Positions 38,361-51,329 of a stretch of DNA of 64,000 nt are shown here, one piece after another. Source of the stretch: Octopus sinensis. Its lineage: Eukaryota. How positions within the stretch are numbered: the first letter of the stretch is position 1; each line of letters opens with the position of its first letter. The DNA lies in NCBI RefSeq assembly GCF_006345805.1, contig NC_042998.1, forward strand, positions 206,150,001-206,214,000. Reading direction: 5' to 3'. The position numbers were made by a program, and so were the translations under genes. Below the pieces are notes generated by a model, which saw nothing but the letters and a program-made list of their open reading frames with translations, did no database searches and was not told the DNA's origin.

Positions 38361-38729
38361 ATTATATATATATATAGATATACATATATTATATTATATA
38401 TAATATGCATATTATATATATAACATATAATATATACATACACATATAGACACATACATATATAATAATTATATACATATATATATACATAAATACACAC
38501 ACATATATATATATATACACACACATATATATATATATATATACATACATACATATATATATATATTTATATACATATGCATATATATTATATGCATATA
38601 TTATATATATACATACATATACACACATATATACAGACACGTATATATATAGACACATATATATATATACATACATATATATATATATACACACACATAT
38701 ATATATACATAGCAACATTACATCACAAT

Positions 38730-39010
38730 TACTGTACCTCAACCAGTCTAGCTCCATTTTAATACCATACTAAAATACGTCAAAATGGAAACGGATCCCA
38801 TAAAATTCAAATGTTTTCTGGACAAATTTCTTCAAAAAATCCCAGACCAACCTCCTACACCCAGATATCTTTCCAACAATAATAACTCTTTTGCTAGAGT
38901 GAGCCACGGTGCTCCATATATGACTCAAAGACTTCACCAGGTGGTGCTAATAAGTTAGACATGGCCTGGGTCTATACTGACTGAAAACTGTCATGGTTAT
39001 CAAAGTTATA
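38730..39010 (+). mobile_element. CR1-group LINE family B, 3' end
   Basis: FLDKFLQKIPDQPPTP..; GACTTCACCAGGTGGTGCTAATAAGTTAGACATGGCCTGGG matches the reverse complement of 11680-11740. Confidence 0.8.
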
Positions 39011-39099
39011 GTAAAGTGTAACCAATAAAGTGTTTAAATAAGATGTTAGGAATAAACAAATATAACTCACACATCCACAGAAAACAATGATTGCACAAT

Positions 39100-39105
39100 T
39101 TTATT
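39100..39105 (-). terminator. Candidate polyadenylation signal AATAAA for PSMC3
   Basis: TTTATT on the plus strand, ~130 nt past the stop codon. Confidence 0.5.
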
Positions 39106-39233
39106 GGCCCAAAAAAAAAAAAAAAGTGCATTATATTTAATGAGATGGAAAAGAATTCTAACAAAGATACAAATCTGGAGATAAAAGCATCAGACTCTCT
39201 GGTTAGTCCAAGTCAAGCATTACTCGTTTCTGT

Positions 39234-39344
39234 TTATGCATAGTATTGTAAGTTGGTTTTCTTCTTGGCTTGCACTTCAATTATTGCATCCATGTAATCT
39301 TCATGGATCAATTCTTTTGCTTCTCTTCTTAAAGCAATCATACC
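39234..39344 (-). CDS. PSMC3: 26S proteasome regulatory subunit 6A (Rpt5), last coding exon
   Basis: tttgtag|[36 protein letters not shown]. 111 nt, phase 0, C-terminal HbYX motif YYA. Confidence 0.96.
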   Translation of the reverse strand, partial: GMIALRREAKELIHEDYMDAIIEVQAKKKTNLQYYA

Positions 39345-39408
39345 CTACAAAGAAAAAAAGTAATATACTTTCTGTGTATTAATGTGTGTATATATATACA
39401 TACACACA

Positions 39409-40027
39409 CAGTGTTTCAAATTATTAACAATGTAACGTTTTGAAATTTTATTTAAAAACTACTTGGAACTTGTCCAAATTTTCTTAGAATGAGGGCAACA
39501 GCTATATGTATGTAGTGTGTAAAAAAATGGGATGTTTTGTGCAAGTGTAAACAAACGGCGACCATTTGTATGATTTCTACAAACTTTCAATGTTTCAAAT
39601 TGTTAACGATTGGTCTGATAATTGTGTAATTATGGGTCGTAAATGTGACTTAACTGCTTCAGAGAAATCTTGTATTACTTCTAAACTTGCAACAGGTAAA
39701 TCAACATTAGAAATATCTAAAATAAATGGAAGATATCACCAAACTGAAAAAAATTGTTACAGCTCCTATGAAGATATGTAAGAGAGCTGACAAAGGCCAG
39801 CCAAGGGCTGTCTCTCAACGTTCCCCGTCACGAATTAAGTATGAAGCTTTAAGAACCCAGGTCTTACAGGTGGAGAACTTTTCAAGTGCATTGGCGAAAC
39901 AACTGTCCAGAACCACCCAATGTTGTCTTCTGCAAAAATTTGGTAAACCAGCGACATTGAATTCCAAAGAGAAGTTTTTAAATAAAATAAAAAAAAAAAT
40001 TTATGTTGTTAATAATTTGAAACATTG
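39409..40027 (+). mobile_element. Internally deleted Tc1-like element with 22-bp TIRs
   Basis: CAGTGTTTCAAATTATTAACAA (39409-39430) and TTGTTAATAATTTGAAACATTG (40006-40027); transposase N-terminus MGRKCDLTASEKSCITSKLATGKSTLEISK. Confidence 0.75.
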
Positions 40028-40029
40028 TG

Positions 40030-40345
40030 ACACCTGTGCTGGTGGCACATAAAGAGCACCATTTGAATGTGGCCGATGCCAGCGCCACCTCGACTGGCTT
40101 CTGTGCCAGTGGCACGTAAAAAGCACCAACCGATCGTGGCCGTGGCCAGCCTCCCCTGGCACCTGTGCTGGTGGCATGTAAAAGCACCCACTACACTCAC
40201 AAAGTGGTTGGTGTTAGGAAGGGCATCCAGCTGCAGAAACACTGCCAGATCAGACTGGAGTCTGGTGCAGCCTCCTGGCTTCCCAGACCCTGGTCGAACT
40301 GTCCAACCCATGCTAGCATGGAAAACAGACGTTAAACGATGATGA
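40030..40345 (+). mobile_element. RTE 3' tail copy in PSMC3 intron
   Basis: RTE 3' UTR core plus GACGTTAAACGATGATGATG. Confidence 0.85.
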
Positions 40346-40375
40346 TGTGTGTACACAGACACACACATTAAACAA

Positions 40376-40737
40376 GGCATGGCTGTGTGGTAAGAGCTTG
40401 CTTCCCAACCACATGGTTCCAGTTTCAGTCCCACTGTGTGGCGAGTGTCGTCTCTACTACAACACTGGTCTGCCTAAATCCTTGTGAATGGATTTAGTAA
40501 ATGGAAACTGAAAGAAGCCTGTCATGTGTGTATGTTTGTCCCCCACCACCACTTGACAACTGATGTTGGTGTGTTTATGTTCCTGTAACTTAGAAGTTTG
40601 TCAAAAGAGACTGATAGAAAAAGTAGTAGGTTTAAAAAAAAAAACAAGTACTGGAGTTGATTCAACTAAAAATTCTTCAAGGTGATGCCCCAGCATGGCC
40701 ACAGTCTAATGAATGAAACAACTAAAAGATAAAAGAG
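40376..40737 (+). mobile_element. tRNA-derived SINE
   Basis: Head GGCATGGCTGTGTGGTAAG (A box) ..GTTTCAGTCCC (B-box-like); tail TGCCCCAGCATGGCCACAGTC..TGAAACAACTAAAAGATAAAAG. A homologous copy lies at 60875-61250 on the minus strand. Confidence 0.8.
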
Positions 40738-41063
40738 AAGAAGCTAGAAAGAAAGGGTTAGCTTGATTCCTGGAAGACATCACTTAATTTGACAAACCCC
40801 ACCATAATGTAATATTTATGCTCTTGAGAAAGCATATCTTTTACACAATCCCATGGGCTTGTGCCTATGTAAAACCAATAATCAATAAGGCCTGATACTT
40901 TCCAGTGGGTAAGTACTGAATCTTGAATAAATTTTATAAAAATAGATCAACTAGTGACAGAGATTCTCTTTGAAAGAGTGAAAAAAAATGGTGCAAACAA
41001 AACATTGTAGGAATGTGTTAAACTCAAGCAAAGAAATGCAACCCAATTAATAGAAGTAGGTCA

Positions 41064-41225
<162 letters not shown>

Positions 41226-42059
41226 CTATTCTAAGAATAGCTCACCTCAATTAACAGCAGCTTAGACAAATGAAGAGATATCATTTACACAAGAATAATT
41301 ACATCAAATGATATAATTTAATATTTCATTTTCATGAAACCTAATCCGATCTCTGATTGATAACTTCTTGTCAATTTAATCATTTCTATAACCATTACTT
41401 AAACTGAGCACATATGATCTGTTAGAAATAACTAATTTTTTCTCAAACCACAACCTACCACCTTCAAATAGGAAGGACACATTAGAAAATGTAGTCCGAG
41501 ATATATGTAGATATATATTAACAAAAAGATGAAGATGAGATAGTCACAACAAAAATGCTTTTGATTCTAAATCTGCTCAGCTTTGATTTCAGCAGATTTT
41601 AACTTCTTATGTACTCTATCCTTCTAAATCAAAGAAATTCATCTCCTCAGAGGGTGGTCTCTACTACCAGGTTCACCTTGAGGCCTTTTCGCTCCATTTA
41701 TACAACATCTTTCTGTAACAAGGGAAAATGGTGCAGTTGAAAAGCAAGTCATTAGCATGTTGAACTTTCCTACGACAACCAGCTTTGAACAGTTATGGCA
41801 TTGGAACCAATGACGGTTTTTATAGTCAACTGAACAACTAGAAATAGCAGCCAAATCTCCCTGAAACCACAGCCTTGCCATCTTAACCCTTTAGCATTTA
41901 AACTGGCTATATCCAGCCCAAATATTCTTCCTGTTTTATATTCAAATTGGCCAGATCTAAACCCTCACACCTATCCAGCATTGTCATTCTAAACCTAAAC
42001 AATCACATCATTGAAATCAGAAAGCTACAAGATAATGCATGAGTAATTCAAAATAATAT

Positions 42060-42680
42060 GAGGGTCCCAGAACATCTCGCTGTGCTTGAGGAGACCTGTT
42101 GAGTCAAGTGCATGTACATGAACATTGAAACAAATATCAATGGAAATAGTAGCTGTGATACCTGTGCCGGTGGCACATAAAAAGCACCATCCGAACGTGG
42201 CCGTTGCCAGCGCCGCCTCGACTGGCTTCTGTGCCGGTGGTACATAAAAAGCACCATCCGAACGTGGCCGTTGCCAGCGCCGCCTAGACTGGCTTCTGTG
42301 CCGGTGGCACATAAAAAGCACCATCCGAACGTGGCCGATGCCAGCGCTGCCTCAACTGGCTTCTGTGCCGGTGGCACATAAAGAGCACCATCCAAACGTG
42401 GCTGATGCCAGCGCCACCTTGGCTGGCTTCCGTGCCGGTGGCACGTTAAAATCACCAACCGATCGTGGCCGATGCCAGACCCCCCCTGGCACCTGTGCAG
42501 GTGACACGTAAAAAGCACCCACTACACTCACGGAGTGGTTGGCGTTTGGAAGGGCATCCAGCCGTAGAAACACTGCCAGATCAGACTGGAGCCTGGTGCT
42601 GCCCCTGGCTTCCCAGACCCCGGTCGAACCGTCCAACTCGTGCTTGCGCGGAAAACGGACGTTAAACGATGATGATGATA
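42060..42680 (+). mobile_element. RTE-related 3' tail with five 67-bp tandem units
   Basis: CTGTGCCGGTGG at 42162, 42229, 42296, 42363 and ~42430; (GAT)n tail at ~42667. Confidence 0.85.
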
Positions 42681-43118
42681 CAAGCGTTACATTTGACAGA
42701 ATAATCTAAATGCCAAAGGGTTAACTACCAATTTCATAAGATCAAATGTTGCTACAATCACAGAGCAAAATGTAGCACTGCAGAATTTTTCTTCTGAATA
42801 CTATAAAATATTTGTTTTAACATAATCCATAAACAAATATGCAAAACCAATCAACTGAAGCTAGACTATCATTAGAATATAACCATCTTTTTACATCTAC
42901 TTTCCATGGGTTGTCATGACTGGAATTAGATACTCTTTCTCACTACATTTTATTGTGATATTAGCATTAAGGTGGTCGCTTTGTACCCTACTAGTCTATA
43001 GAGTTTAAATTAAAATGAATAGGCCCACACATTACTGGATTGACAACTTTTATCTGATTTAATATGTAAGAGAGACCACAAAACTATTATGAACAATTTC
43101 ACATTAAAATGCATTGGC

Positions 43119-44125
43119 AAAATGTTTTATGTTATTTAAAAGAGAATTTTTTGCCCTACAAGATAGTGTGTTTTGATTTTTAAATTTTATTGATTTTTGT
43201 GTATTTTCAGATCATTAAAATGGAATGTCAAGCGGACAACACAGCATTTTTGACACCATTTGTTTTTTCGCATTTAATCGAGGTGTTAAGCCTGCTGAAG
43301 CTGCCTGTGAAATTTGTGCTGTGTATGGAGAAGGAGAAATGCCTCAAAGTACCACCCGCCATTGGTTTTCATCATCATCATCATTTAGCGTCCGCTTTCC
43401 ATGCTAGCATGGGTTGGACGGTTCAACTGGGGTCTGTGAAGCTGGAAGGCTTTGTCAGTCCCAGTCTGATCTGGCAGTGTTTCTACGGCTGAATGCCCTT
43501 CCTAACGCCAACCACTCCATGAGTGTAGTGGGTGCTTTTTACGTGCCACCTGCACAGATGCCAGACAGAGCTGGCAAACGGTCATGAATGGATGGTGCTT
43601 TTACGTGTCACCGGCACGGGGCCAGGCGATGCTGGCAACGGACACTTCAAAAAAAGGAATTTTGACCTTAAGGACAGATCACACACCAATCAACCAATTG
43701 AGTTCGATGAAAAGTGATTCACGAAAATCCACTTCAGATGACCAGAGAATTGGTGGAGCAGATGGATTGTGATCCAAAAATTGTAGGGAACCACCTTCAC
43801 GCAATGGGCAACGTTCATTGATCTCAATTGGTTGACTGGTGTGTGATCTGTCCTGGAGGTCAAAATTCCCATTTTTGAAACATAAAAACCAATGGTGGGC
43901 AGTACTTTGAGGCATTGCTCACCTCCATACACAGCACAAATCTCATGAGCAACTTTGGAGGGATTAACACCTCAATTAAATGCAAAAAGCAAATGGTGTT
44001 GAAAATGCTCAGTTTTGTCCACTTGACATTCCATTTTAATGATCTGAAAATACACAAAAATCAATAAAATCAAAACACTATCTTGTAGGGCAAAAAATTC
44101 TCTTTTAAATAACATAAAACATTTT
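43119..44125. mobile_element. Mariner-derived inverted duplication (fold-back) with an RTE tail (~43370-43645, minus) inserted in the left arm
   Basis: Left arm MECQADN..FAFNRGVKPAEAACEICAVYGEGEMPQSTTRHWF/FKKRNFDLKDRSHTNQPIEFDE..HENPLQMTRELVEQMDCD. 43814-44125 is the reverse complement of the left arm. Confidence 0.85.
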
Positions 44126-45199
44126 ATTGAGGTGTTAAACCTGCTGCTGGTTTTCATGCTTCAATGTGTTCCTGTTCTGGTTCCTTCTTTCCTACTTTAA
44201 CTTCTCATCCCTTAGCACAAAGTGACCCACTTCTACATTAGCACCAGTTAGGTGCTTAAGACAGGTTCTTAGTCTTGCAGATGGCATGGCAACCTCCCTA
44301 GTGCTGGTGCAATGAAAAAAAGTACCTGTTATACTCTATAAAGCAGCTGGCATTAGGAAGGGCATCCAATTATAGAAACCATGCTATGGAGCAAGATGCA
44401 TTTCTCAGAACTATTGTACTATCTAACCCATGGAAGATAGATGTTAAAAGATGTGGATTTCAATGTCAAAAAAATACCAAAAGCAAATTCAGTGATTAGA
44501 AATGTCAGTGAAATTCATTTAAGAAAGGATTATATGCTTTTTTTCAAAGTCTATATTCACTAATTCCTGCTTTAAGATGCTGATACGGTGGAATATTTAA
44601 AACTAACAGCAACTATGGTATTACTAATAGAAATGATTTATTAAACTGCTTCTGAAATAATCAATATAGAGTAATCAAGACGGACTCTCACTGAGCAGAG
44701 TTTCTACCTCCACTTCTTATTATTTCACCTTTCCTAAAAACTGAAGTCTTGCATGCATATCTCCCCTACTCACCCAATAAATAAAGAATAAAATTCTATT
44801 TTTATTTGTTAAGGCAACAAGGTTAGGACAATTTGAGCCCCCCCACCTCTATATATACCCAAATTTTCACCCCTCTGCACTCTGACCATGCTTCTTTCAC
44901 AATACCCTGCCACTTATATTATGACTTTTGAACCTCAAGGGTTTGCCCTGGCACTCGCCACCATCTATATCTCTCTCTTCCTTTACTCAACCATCCCATT
45001 TATATCCTGATCCCTGTCCCTTGTGAGCATGCCCAGCACTTTACCACCATCTCTATCCTGCTATCTTCCACTCTCTCTCCTCCTGCACTTCCTTCAGGAT
45101 GGGTAACCATGTATCTCCTTTGCAGCAGCACATCTGTTTCTGTCTCCATTCCTGATAATTCTCTCCTACAGCAAGACACCTGCTTCTGTCTCACTATAA

Positions 45200-45575
45200 C
45201 CTTTCATCATCTGACACAAGATCACCTCCTCCAATGCCCCCTCTCTTCTCAAAAGACTTTTGACTTGCAAGTTATTTGGTGACCCTGTCAGTGTAGGTGC
45301 CACTTAAAAAGCATCCAGGACACACTGTAAAGGGGTTGGTGTTTGGAAGGGCATCCAGCTGTAAAAACCTTGCCAAAACTGAACTTGCCTGTGCTTATGC
45401 CACATAAAAAGCACAGTCCACTCTGCTGAGTGGTCAGTATTAGGAAAGGCAACCAGCTGTGAAATCCTGCCAAAATAGCCACAGAAGTCTGGTGCAGGCT
45501 TTTGCCTGGCTGACTCCTGTCAAACTGTCCCACTCATGCCAGCATGGAAGGCGGACATTAAATGATGATGATGAA
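45200..45575 (+). mobile_element. Older RTE-tailed SINE
   Basis: GGAAGGGCATCCAGCTGTAAAAACC..CATGCCAGCATGGAAGGCGGACATTAAATGATGATGATG. Confidence 0.7.
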
Positions 45576-45714
45576 GGGAATATTAATGTGAAAGAATGAA
45601 GCAGTGTTTAATATAAAATTTGGAAGGAGGCGAGATATGATAAAAAGTGGAGGAGATGGGGAAAGCAAGTAAAGTGAGATAATTTGTAGAATATCATCAT
45701 TAACCCTGTTCAGT

Positions 45715-46480
45715 TTTGGCATCATTTAATGTCCGTTGTCTATGCTGGCATGGGTTGGATGGTTTGACAGGGGCTGGCACGCAGGAAGGCTGCACCAGGC
45801 TCCAGTCTGATTTGCATGGTTTTCTATGGCTGGATGCCCCTCCTAATGCCAACCACCCCAAGAGTGTAATGGGTGTTTTTATATGCCACTGGTATCAGCT
45901 ATGACTGTGATTTTGCTCTGCTTGATGGATCTTCTCAAGCACGACATAATGTCAAAGGTCTTGGTCATTGCCTACATGAAGCCCAACACTCGAAAGGAAC
46001 TCGGCCACCTTGCCCCCATGGGACCCAATGCTTGCAAGGAACTCAGTCACCTTGCCTCCATGAGGCCCAACACTTGAAAGGAACTCAGCCATTTGCCACC
46101 AAGAGGCCCGACGCTTGCAAGGAACTCAGCCACCTTGCCTCCATGAGGCCCAACACTTGAAAGGAACTCAGCCATTTGCCGCCAAGAGGCCCGACGCTTG
46201 CAAGGAACTCGGCCAGTTTGCCTCCATGAGACCTAATACCCAATGTACAAGGTTGATTTTCTTGTGTGCTACCAGCACAGGTGCACTTGGCTTGACAGGT
46301 CCTCTTAAGCAGAGCACATTGCCAAAGGTCTCAGTCACTAGTCATTGCCTCTGTGAGATTCAAAGTTCAGAGATTATGCTTCACCACCTCATCCCATATC
46401 TTCCTGGGTCTAACCTTTACCACAGGTTCCCTCCACAGTTAAAGATCGGCACTTCTTTACACAGCTGTCCTCGTCCATAC
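45715..46480 (-). mobile_element. Older RTE 3' end containing an 83-bp dimeric minisatellite (~45975-46240)
   Basis: Tail core at 45720-45900; GCAAGGAACTCAG at 46034, 46117, 46200; diverged ORF C-terminus at 46300-46480. Confidence 0.65.
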
Positions 46481-46489
46481 ATCATCTCG

Positions 46490-46940
46490 AAAGAGTCCAG
46501 AAGCTGGCTACCCGCATGGTTCTTGGTCTCAAGCATTTGTCTTATGAAGAAAGGCTGAAGACGCTCGACCTTTATTCTCTAGAAAAACGACGATGCCGTG
46601 GTGATCTCATTCTCGCTCACAACATCATAAGCGGAAAGTGTAAACTCTCGAAAGAGCTGTTCTTCACTCCTGCTCCAGAGCATCGGCTGCAGGGTCACTC
46701 CGAAAAGCTCTATCTGCGACGATTTCATCTCAATCGAAGGAGAGGGGCTTTCTCCGTCCGGGTTGCGAATCCATGGAATAAGCTGCCAGACAAGATAGTG
46801 AAGATGCCGATGACTGCTCGCCTAAAAGTCTCTCTTGACCAGAAATGGCCTGAACTCTTTGCATGAACACCCTCCCTGTACATAACTCCATGTCCCCCTA
46901 TATGGCCTTGCTTTTTGAGCCAAAAAATTAACTTAACTAT
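46490..46940 (+). mobile_element. CR1 LINE 3' end
   Basis: LSYEERLKTLDLYSLEKRRCRGDLI..RLQGHSEKL..FSVRVANPWNKLP; (TTAAC)n-like tail. Confidence 0.85.
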
Positions 46941-47116
46941 ACACATTACATGACCATACCAGCGGTCGCCTCTCTTGCACACTACATTTGATTATAAATA
47001 CTATTGAGCTTCAAAATGGACAAGAAGAGTTATATAGAGTAAGGAGATTATGGGGCAGGGAAGAGGGAAATTGGCCAAAGGAATGTCTTGAGCAACAGCA
47101 AAATATCCATTACTTA

Positions 47117-47359
<243 letters not shown>

Positions 47360-47534
47360 TCATAATTAAAGAAAAAAGAAAAACAAATTAAAAATTCTAA
47401 ATTACAGGGTTGTTTATTGAAAAGTAGTAATAAAACTTTTAATGTAGATTGTTTGTTTACTTTTTGTTAAAAATTATGAGTTGTCTGTCAAAATTATCTC
47501 ACTCCATTTCATCATGAAGCAAGTAACATTTATC

Positions 47535-47966
47535 AGTAGATGTGATGGGCATGGAGAGACTCGTGGCAAACTCAGAAATGTTATTAACTTCCTCCAACAA
47601 TTCGGTGTGACACCAGTGCAGAATCACCTCCCTCTGACAAGTCATCTTAACGAGACGTCTGCGTTGGCTGGGTCATGCCCTCCGTCATCAACCAGGAGAA
47701 TTCATCTATGAAGCAATTGTCACAGCTCCCCTTCAGGGTTAGAGAAAGCGATGTGGTGGACAACGAAAAACCTGGCTGATGACAGTCAAGGCTGATTTGG
47801 AACCCAACCTAGGCCCCCATGTCTGGAATAAGGAGTGGTTGGAGATCATGTGGTCGTTAGCCTCAAATCGCCAGGTCTGGTTGGCGTTTGTGAGAGATGC
47901 AGCGTTGAGGATGAATGAAGCCAGCTCAACCCACCCCGGGTGAATGCTGTCTCAAGTTCAAGTTCA
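47535..47966 (+). mobile_element. 3' end of a different RTE-like LINE family
   Basis: RRLRWLGHALRHQPGEF..QRKTWLMTVKADLEP..LASNRQVW; (CAAGTT)n tail. Confidence 0.75.
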
Positions 47967-48368
47967 TCCACTCTCAAAGTCAATAATTAATTACAATTGT
48001 GCAAGACAGGAGTACTAATTACTTAAAATATTGGTTTCAAATTTTGGCACAGGGCCAGCAATTTCAGAGGAGGTGCACAAATTGATTACATTGCCCTCAG
48101 AGGAATTTTGAATAGCTGAATGAAATGCTTCTAAGCATTTTGACCAGCATGTTAATGGTTCTTCCTGCCTTTCTAATAAAAAAAAAAAAAAAAAAAAAGA
48201 AGAGGATTTATCTGGTTATTTAAAATATTACAAGTCATTTGTATTTGCATTAAAAAATCACTTTGTAAGATGTGGTTGTTGAGGGTTTTACACAAAAGCA
48301 AATGAACTGAAGAAAAAAGTCTAAATGACTTTTAAATAATTTACTGAAAAAAAAATAATAAATCTTAC

Positions 48369-48475
48369 TTTTATTTGAGAAGTTGGCATGAAACCATCCA
48401 TTTGATTTAAAAGTTCTAACATAGTTCTTTGCACTTCACGGTCACCTGCTTTCTCACTGTCAAATCTTTTTGTGC
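48369..48475 (-). CDS. PSMC3: 26S proteasome regulatory subunit 6A, exon
   Basis: tctag|(G)[37 protein letters not shown]|gtaaga. 107 nt. Confidence 0.96.
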
Positions 48476-49254
48476 CTAGAAAAAATGAAATGTTATGAGA
48501 TAAATTCTTTGATAAGATGAGGACTTGAATGTTCACTACAAGTTTCAATCAAGGTCTTTTATATATATTTTTTTTATTATGAACTTAAAATCTACAGATT
48601 TTAAAGATGATATAAAGTGGTTTTTATGTAAATACTGAAAATGACAAACAGAAACTATCAAAACTAAATGATGACAGAATAACATGAAATATTCTTAGAC
48701 TGATTAGTGGTGGAGGAATTGTTCTCAATATATAAACAATAAATTGCATTAGAAATGCAAAATGTTTTAAATACAATTTTTCATATTAATAAAGGTTGAG
48801 TGTCTGAGGTGGGCAATTATACAAATTCATTGATATATTGGGGCTAAAGTCCCCATCTTGGTTGTTACACACTCCACAGCCTTCTTCAGGTGCCTTTTAT
48901 ATTTGGCAAGGTTTTCATAATTTCAAACCAAACCTTTTATTAAATCCACAAAAACAGAATGTTATGATTTTATTGTCCTGAACCCTAATCCTAACCTGTG
49001 CATTGAAGCTGCTTGTATTCATTATCTTGTCCCTAAAAGTAAGGGTAAGTAGGAAAATAACTCCATGACACCTTCAATACAATTCAAAAAAGAAGGGAAA
49101 AGATAATAAATCGGACTTCCTGAATGTGTCTAATAAGTGGAACAGTATGGATTTGACATCTGTTTCTTGTAAGTGAACATTCACTGAAAAATATTTGAAT
49201 TCTGAGATTCCCCACTGTCGATACAACATAGAGAAAGGATTTGTTGTCAACAAT

Positions 49255-49440
49255 CATCATCATCATCGTTTAGCATCCGCTTTCCATGCTAGCATGGGTT
49301 GGATGGTTCAACTGGGGTCTGGGAAGCCAGAAGGCTGCACCAGGCCCAGTTTGATCTGGCAATGTTTCTACGACTGGATGCCCTTCCTAACGCCAACCAC
49401 TCCATGAGTGTAGTGGGTGCTTTTTACGTGCCACCGGCAC
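49255..49440 (-). mobile_element. RTE 3' tail copy
   Basis: (CAT)n plus RTE core. Confidence 0.85.
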
Positions 49441-50399
49441 AAAATTAATGGCTGTACGTGCCACCGGAACAAAATTAATGGCTGTACAGAAAAGGTGAAG
49501 AGAAGAATAATAATACTCCACAAGGGTCAAAAGTTGAGGGTAGAAGGAAAGATGACTGGTAGCACGGAAAGGAAACTGGAGTCGAGAGGAGTGGCTGTTA
49601 AAAGGGAGAGGGGGAGATAACTGGAAGGGGATTAAATATGTAAGTCTGCTATCATTCAGCAGCTGAATATTGCTGTAATTAGAAGAGGGACATAGGGATG
49701 TAAGGGTGGAGAAGAAGGCTTGAAAGGGATAAGTTGGGTGAGGGGCCGAGTTGTGTGTAGAGACACAAACGTAATGCTTTTAGCACCTTAGTCTTGCCAT
49801 GATGGATTAGTCTTCTCAAGCACCAATAATCTCAGCCAATTGTTATCTTCGTTAGACTCAACATTCACAGATTGGTCCTTATGACTTCATCCCACATCTT
49901 CCAAATTCTCCCTATTCCACAGATCCCATCCACATTAAGTGATTAACAATGTTTTCTTCAGCTGTCCTCAGCCTTATGCATCATACGCCCATAACAATGC
50001 ATTGTTTCTGACACATTCTGATTCCTTTCATGTCTAATTTCTCTCTCAACACATGAACACTTTTCCATAGATGCACACTGACATTGCACATCCAACAGAG
50101 TATATTAGCTTCATTTAGGGACTATGTCTCAGCCATATAGCATTGTTGCTTGTACATAAACAACATACAATCTGTTTTTCACAGAGAGACCATTGAATTT
50201 TCTCCAACCAGTATACTTTCAGAAGATCCTCCTCCACTGTTAGTTCAGTCGCCTAGGCAACAGAAACTACTATTTCTAGAGATCCCTCTAGGCAATCAAA
50301 AAAAAATTATTTCCCATGTGTCAGTATTTATTGCTCTTGTGAATCTTCTGCATACAAAGATTACTTTCACTTTTAACCTTCCTCTGACTCCACTGCACC

Positions 50400-50680
50400 T
50401 CTCTCTCGTGTGTCTATAGTTTGGCTTCCTGCATACTGAGCAAAGCCATTTACCTGAAGGAGAAGAGTATTTTCTGTTTTCCTGCTTACTAAAATTTTGG
50501 TCTTTGCTAACTTAACTTTAAGGCCATTTGATTCTAGGTTTTGCTTCCACACTTGGAATTTCTAATTCTACAACAGATTCAGCTATAAGAACAAGGTCAT
50601 TAGCACAGGAGATCTTCAACAGGTACCCAGTCTTAAACTACTTTGTTATGGTTTGGAGGACTAGAACCAAACCCTAGGTA
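50400..50680 (-). mobile_element. Old RTE RT fragment
   Basis: Diverged match to the ANDLVLIAES..WKQNLESNGLKVKLAKTK region. Confidence 0.6.
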
Positions 50681-51119
50681 CCCCTACTAGCACTTGCTCA
50701 CAGCTTCTCAATACATATTGGTTTGTATAGCTTTCATGACATCAAGTTGTTTGAGTTGGAGGAAGTTTATAATATACTTGGCAAGGAGAGACCACAAAAG
50801 TTATCATTTATGTGAAAATTGCTTTTTCTTTTTATCCCAAACATTGAAACACATTTTAGCAAGATAAACACTAGTGGCAACATGTTACCTAACCTAAACA
50901 AACACAATGGCCTTTGTCAGTAGCTCAGGACTAAATTTATATTTAAAAATAGCAGCAAAAATCACAGAAATAGATTGTAATAATAACAAATGAAGTTTAG
51001 TCAGAAAAAAATTCAAATACAGATCAGTTGATTTAAAAGACAACAGAAATAAACAAATCCATAAAGAAGGAAAAACCAACTCCAAAATGATTTGAATGAA
51101 AAGCAAAATATATATTTAC

Positions 51120-51329
51120 CAATAGCATCCAATTCATCGATAAAAATTATAGCTGGAGACTTTTCTTTAGCCAAGGCAAATGCATCTCGTACTAATTTGG
51201 CACCATCTCCAATAAACATCTGTACAAGTTGTGGACCAGCAAGCTTGAGAAAAGTAGATTTGGTCTGTGCAGCACAAGCACGAGCTAGCAAGGTTTTACC
51301 TGTACCAGGGGGACCGTATAACAAAACAC
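51120..51329 (-). CDS. PSMC3: 26S proteasome regulatory subunit 6A, Walker A/B exon
   Basis: ttcaccag|(G)[72 protein letters not shown]|gtaaat. 210 nt, phases 1 and 1. Confidence 0.97.

Noticed and set aside
40376-40450. tRNA gene
   Set aside because: It has A/B-box-like motifs but no full cloverleaf, and it continues into a SINE body and LINE-derived tail.
41639-41881. 80-aa minus-strand ORF in a PSMC3 intron
   Set aside because: No recognisable domain or splice context; it looks like a repeat-derived fragment.
48668-48710. C/D-box snoRNA-like ATGATGA..CTGA
   Set aside because: It is too short, has no terminal stem, and lies antisense to the host gene.
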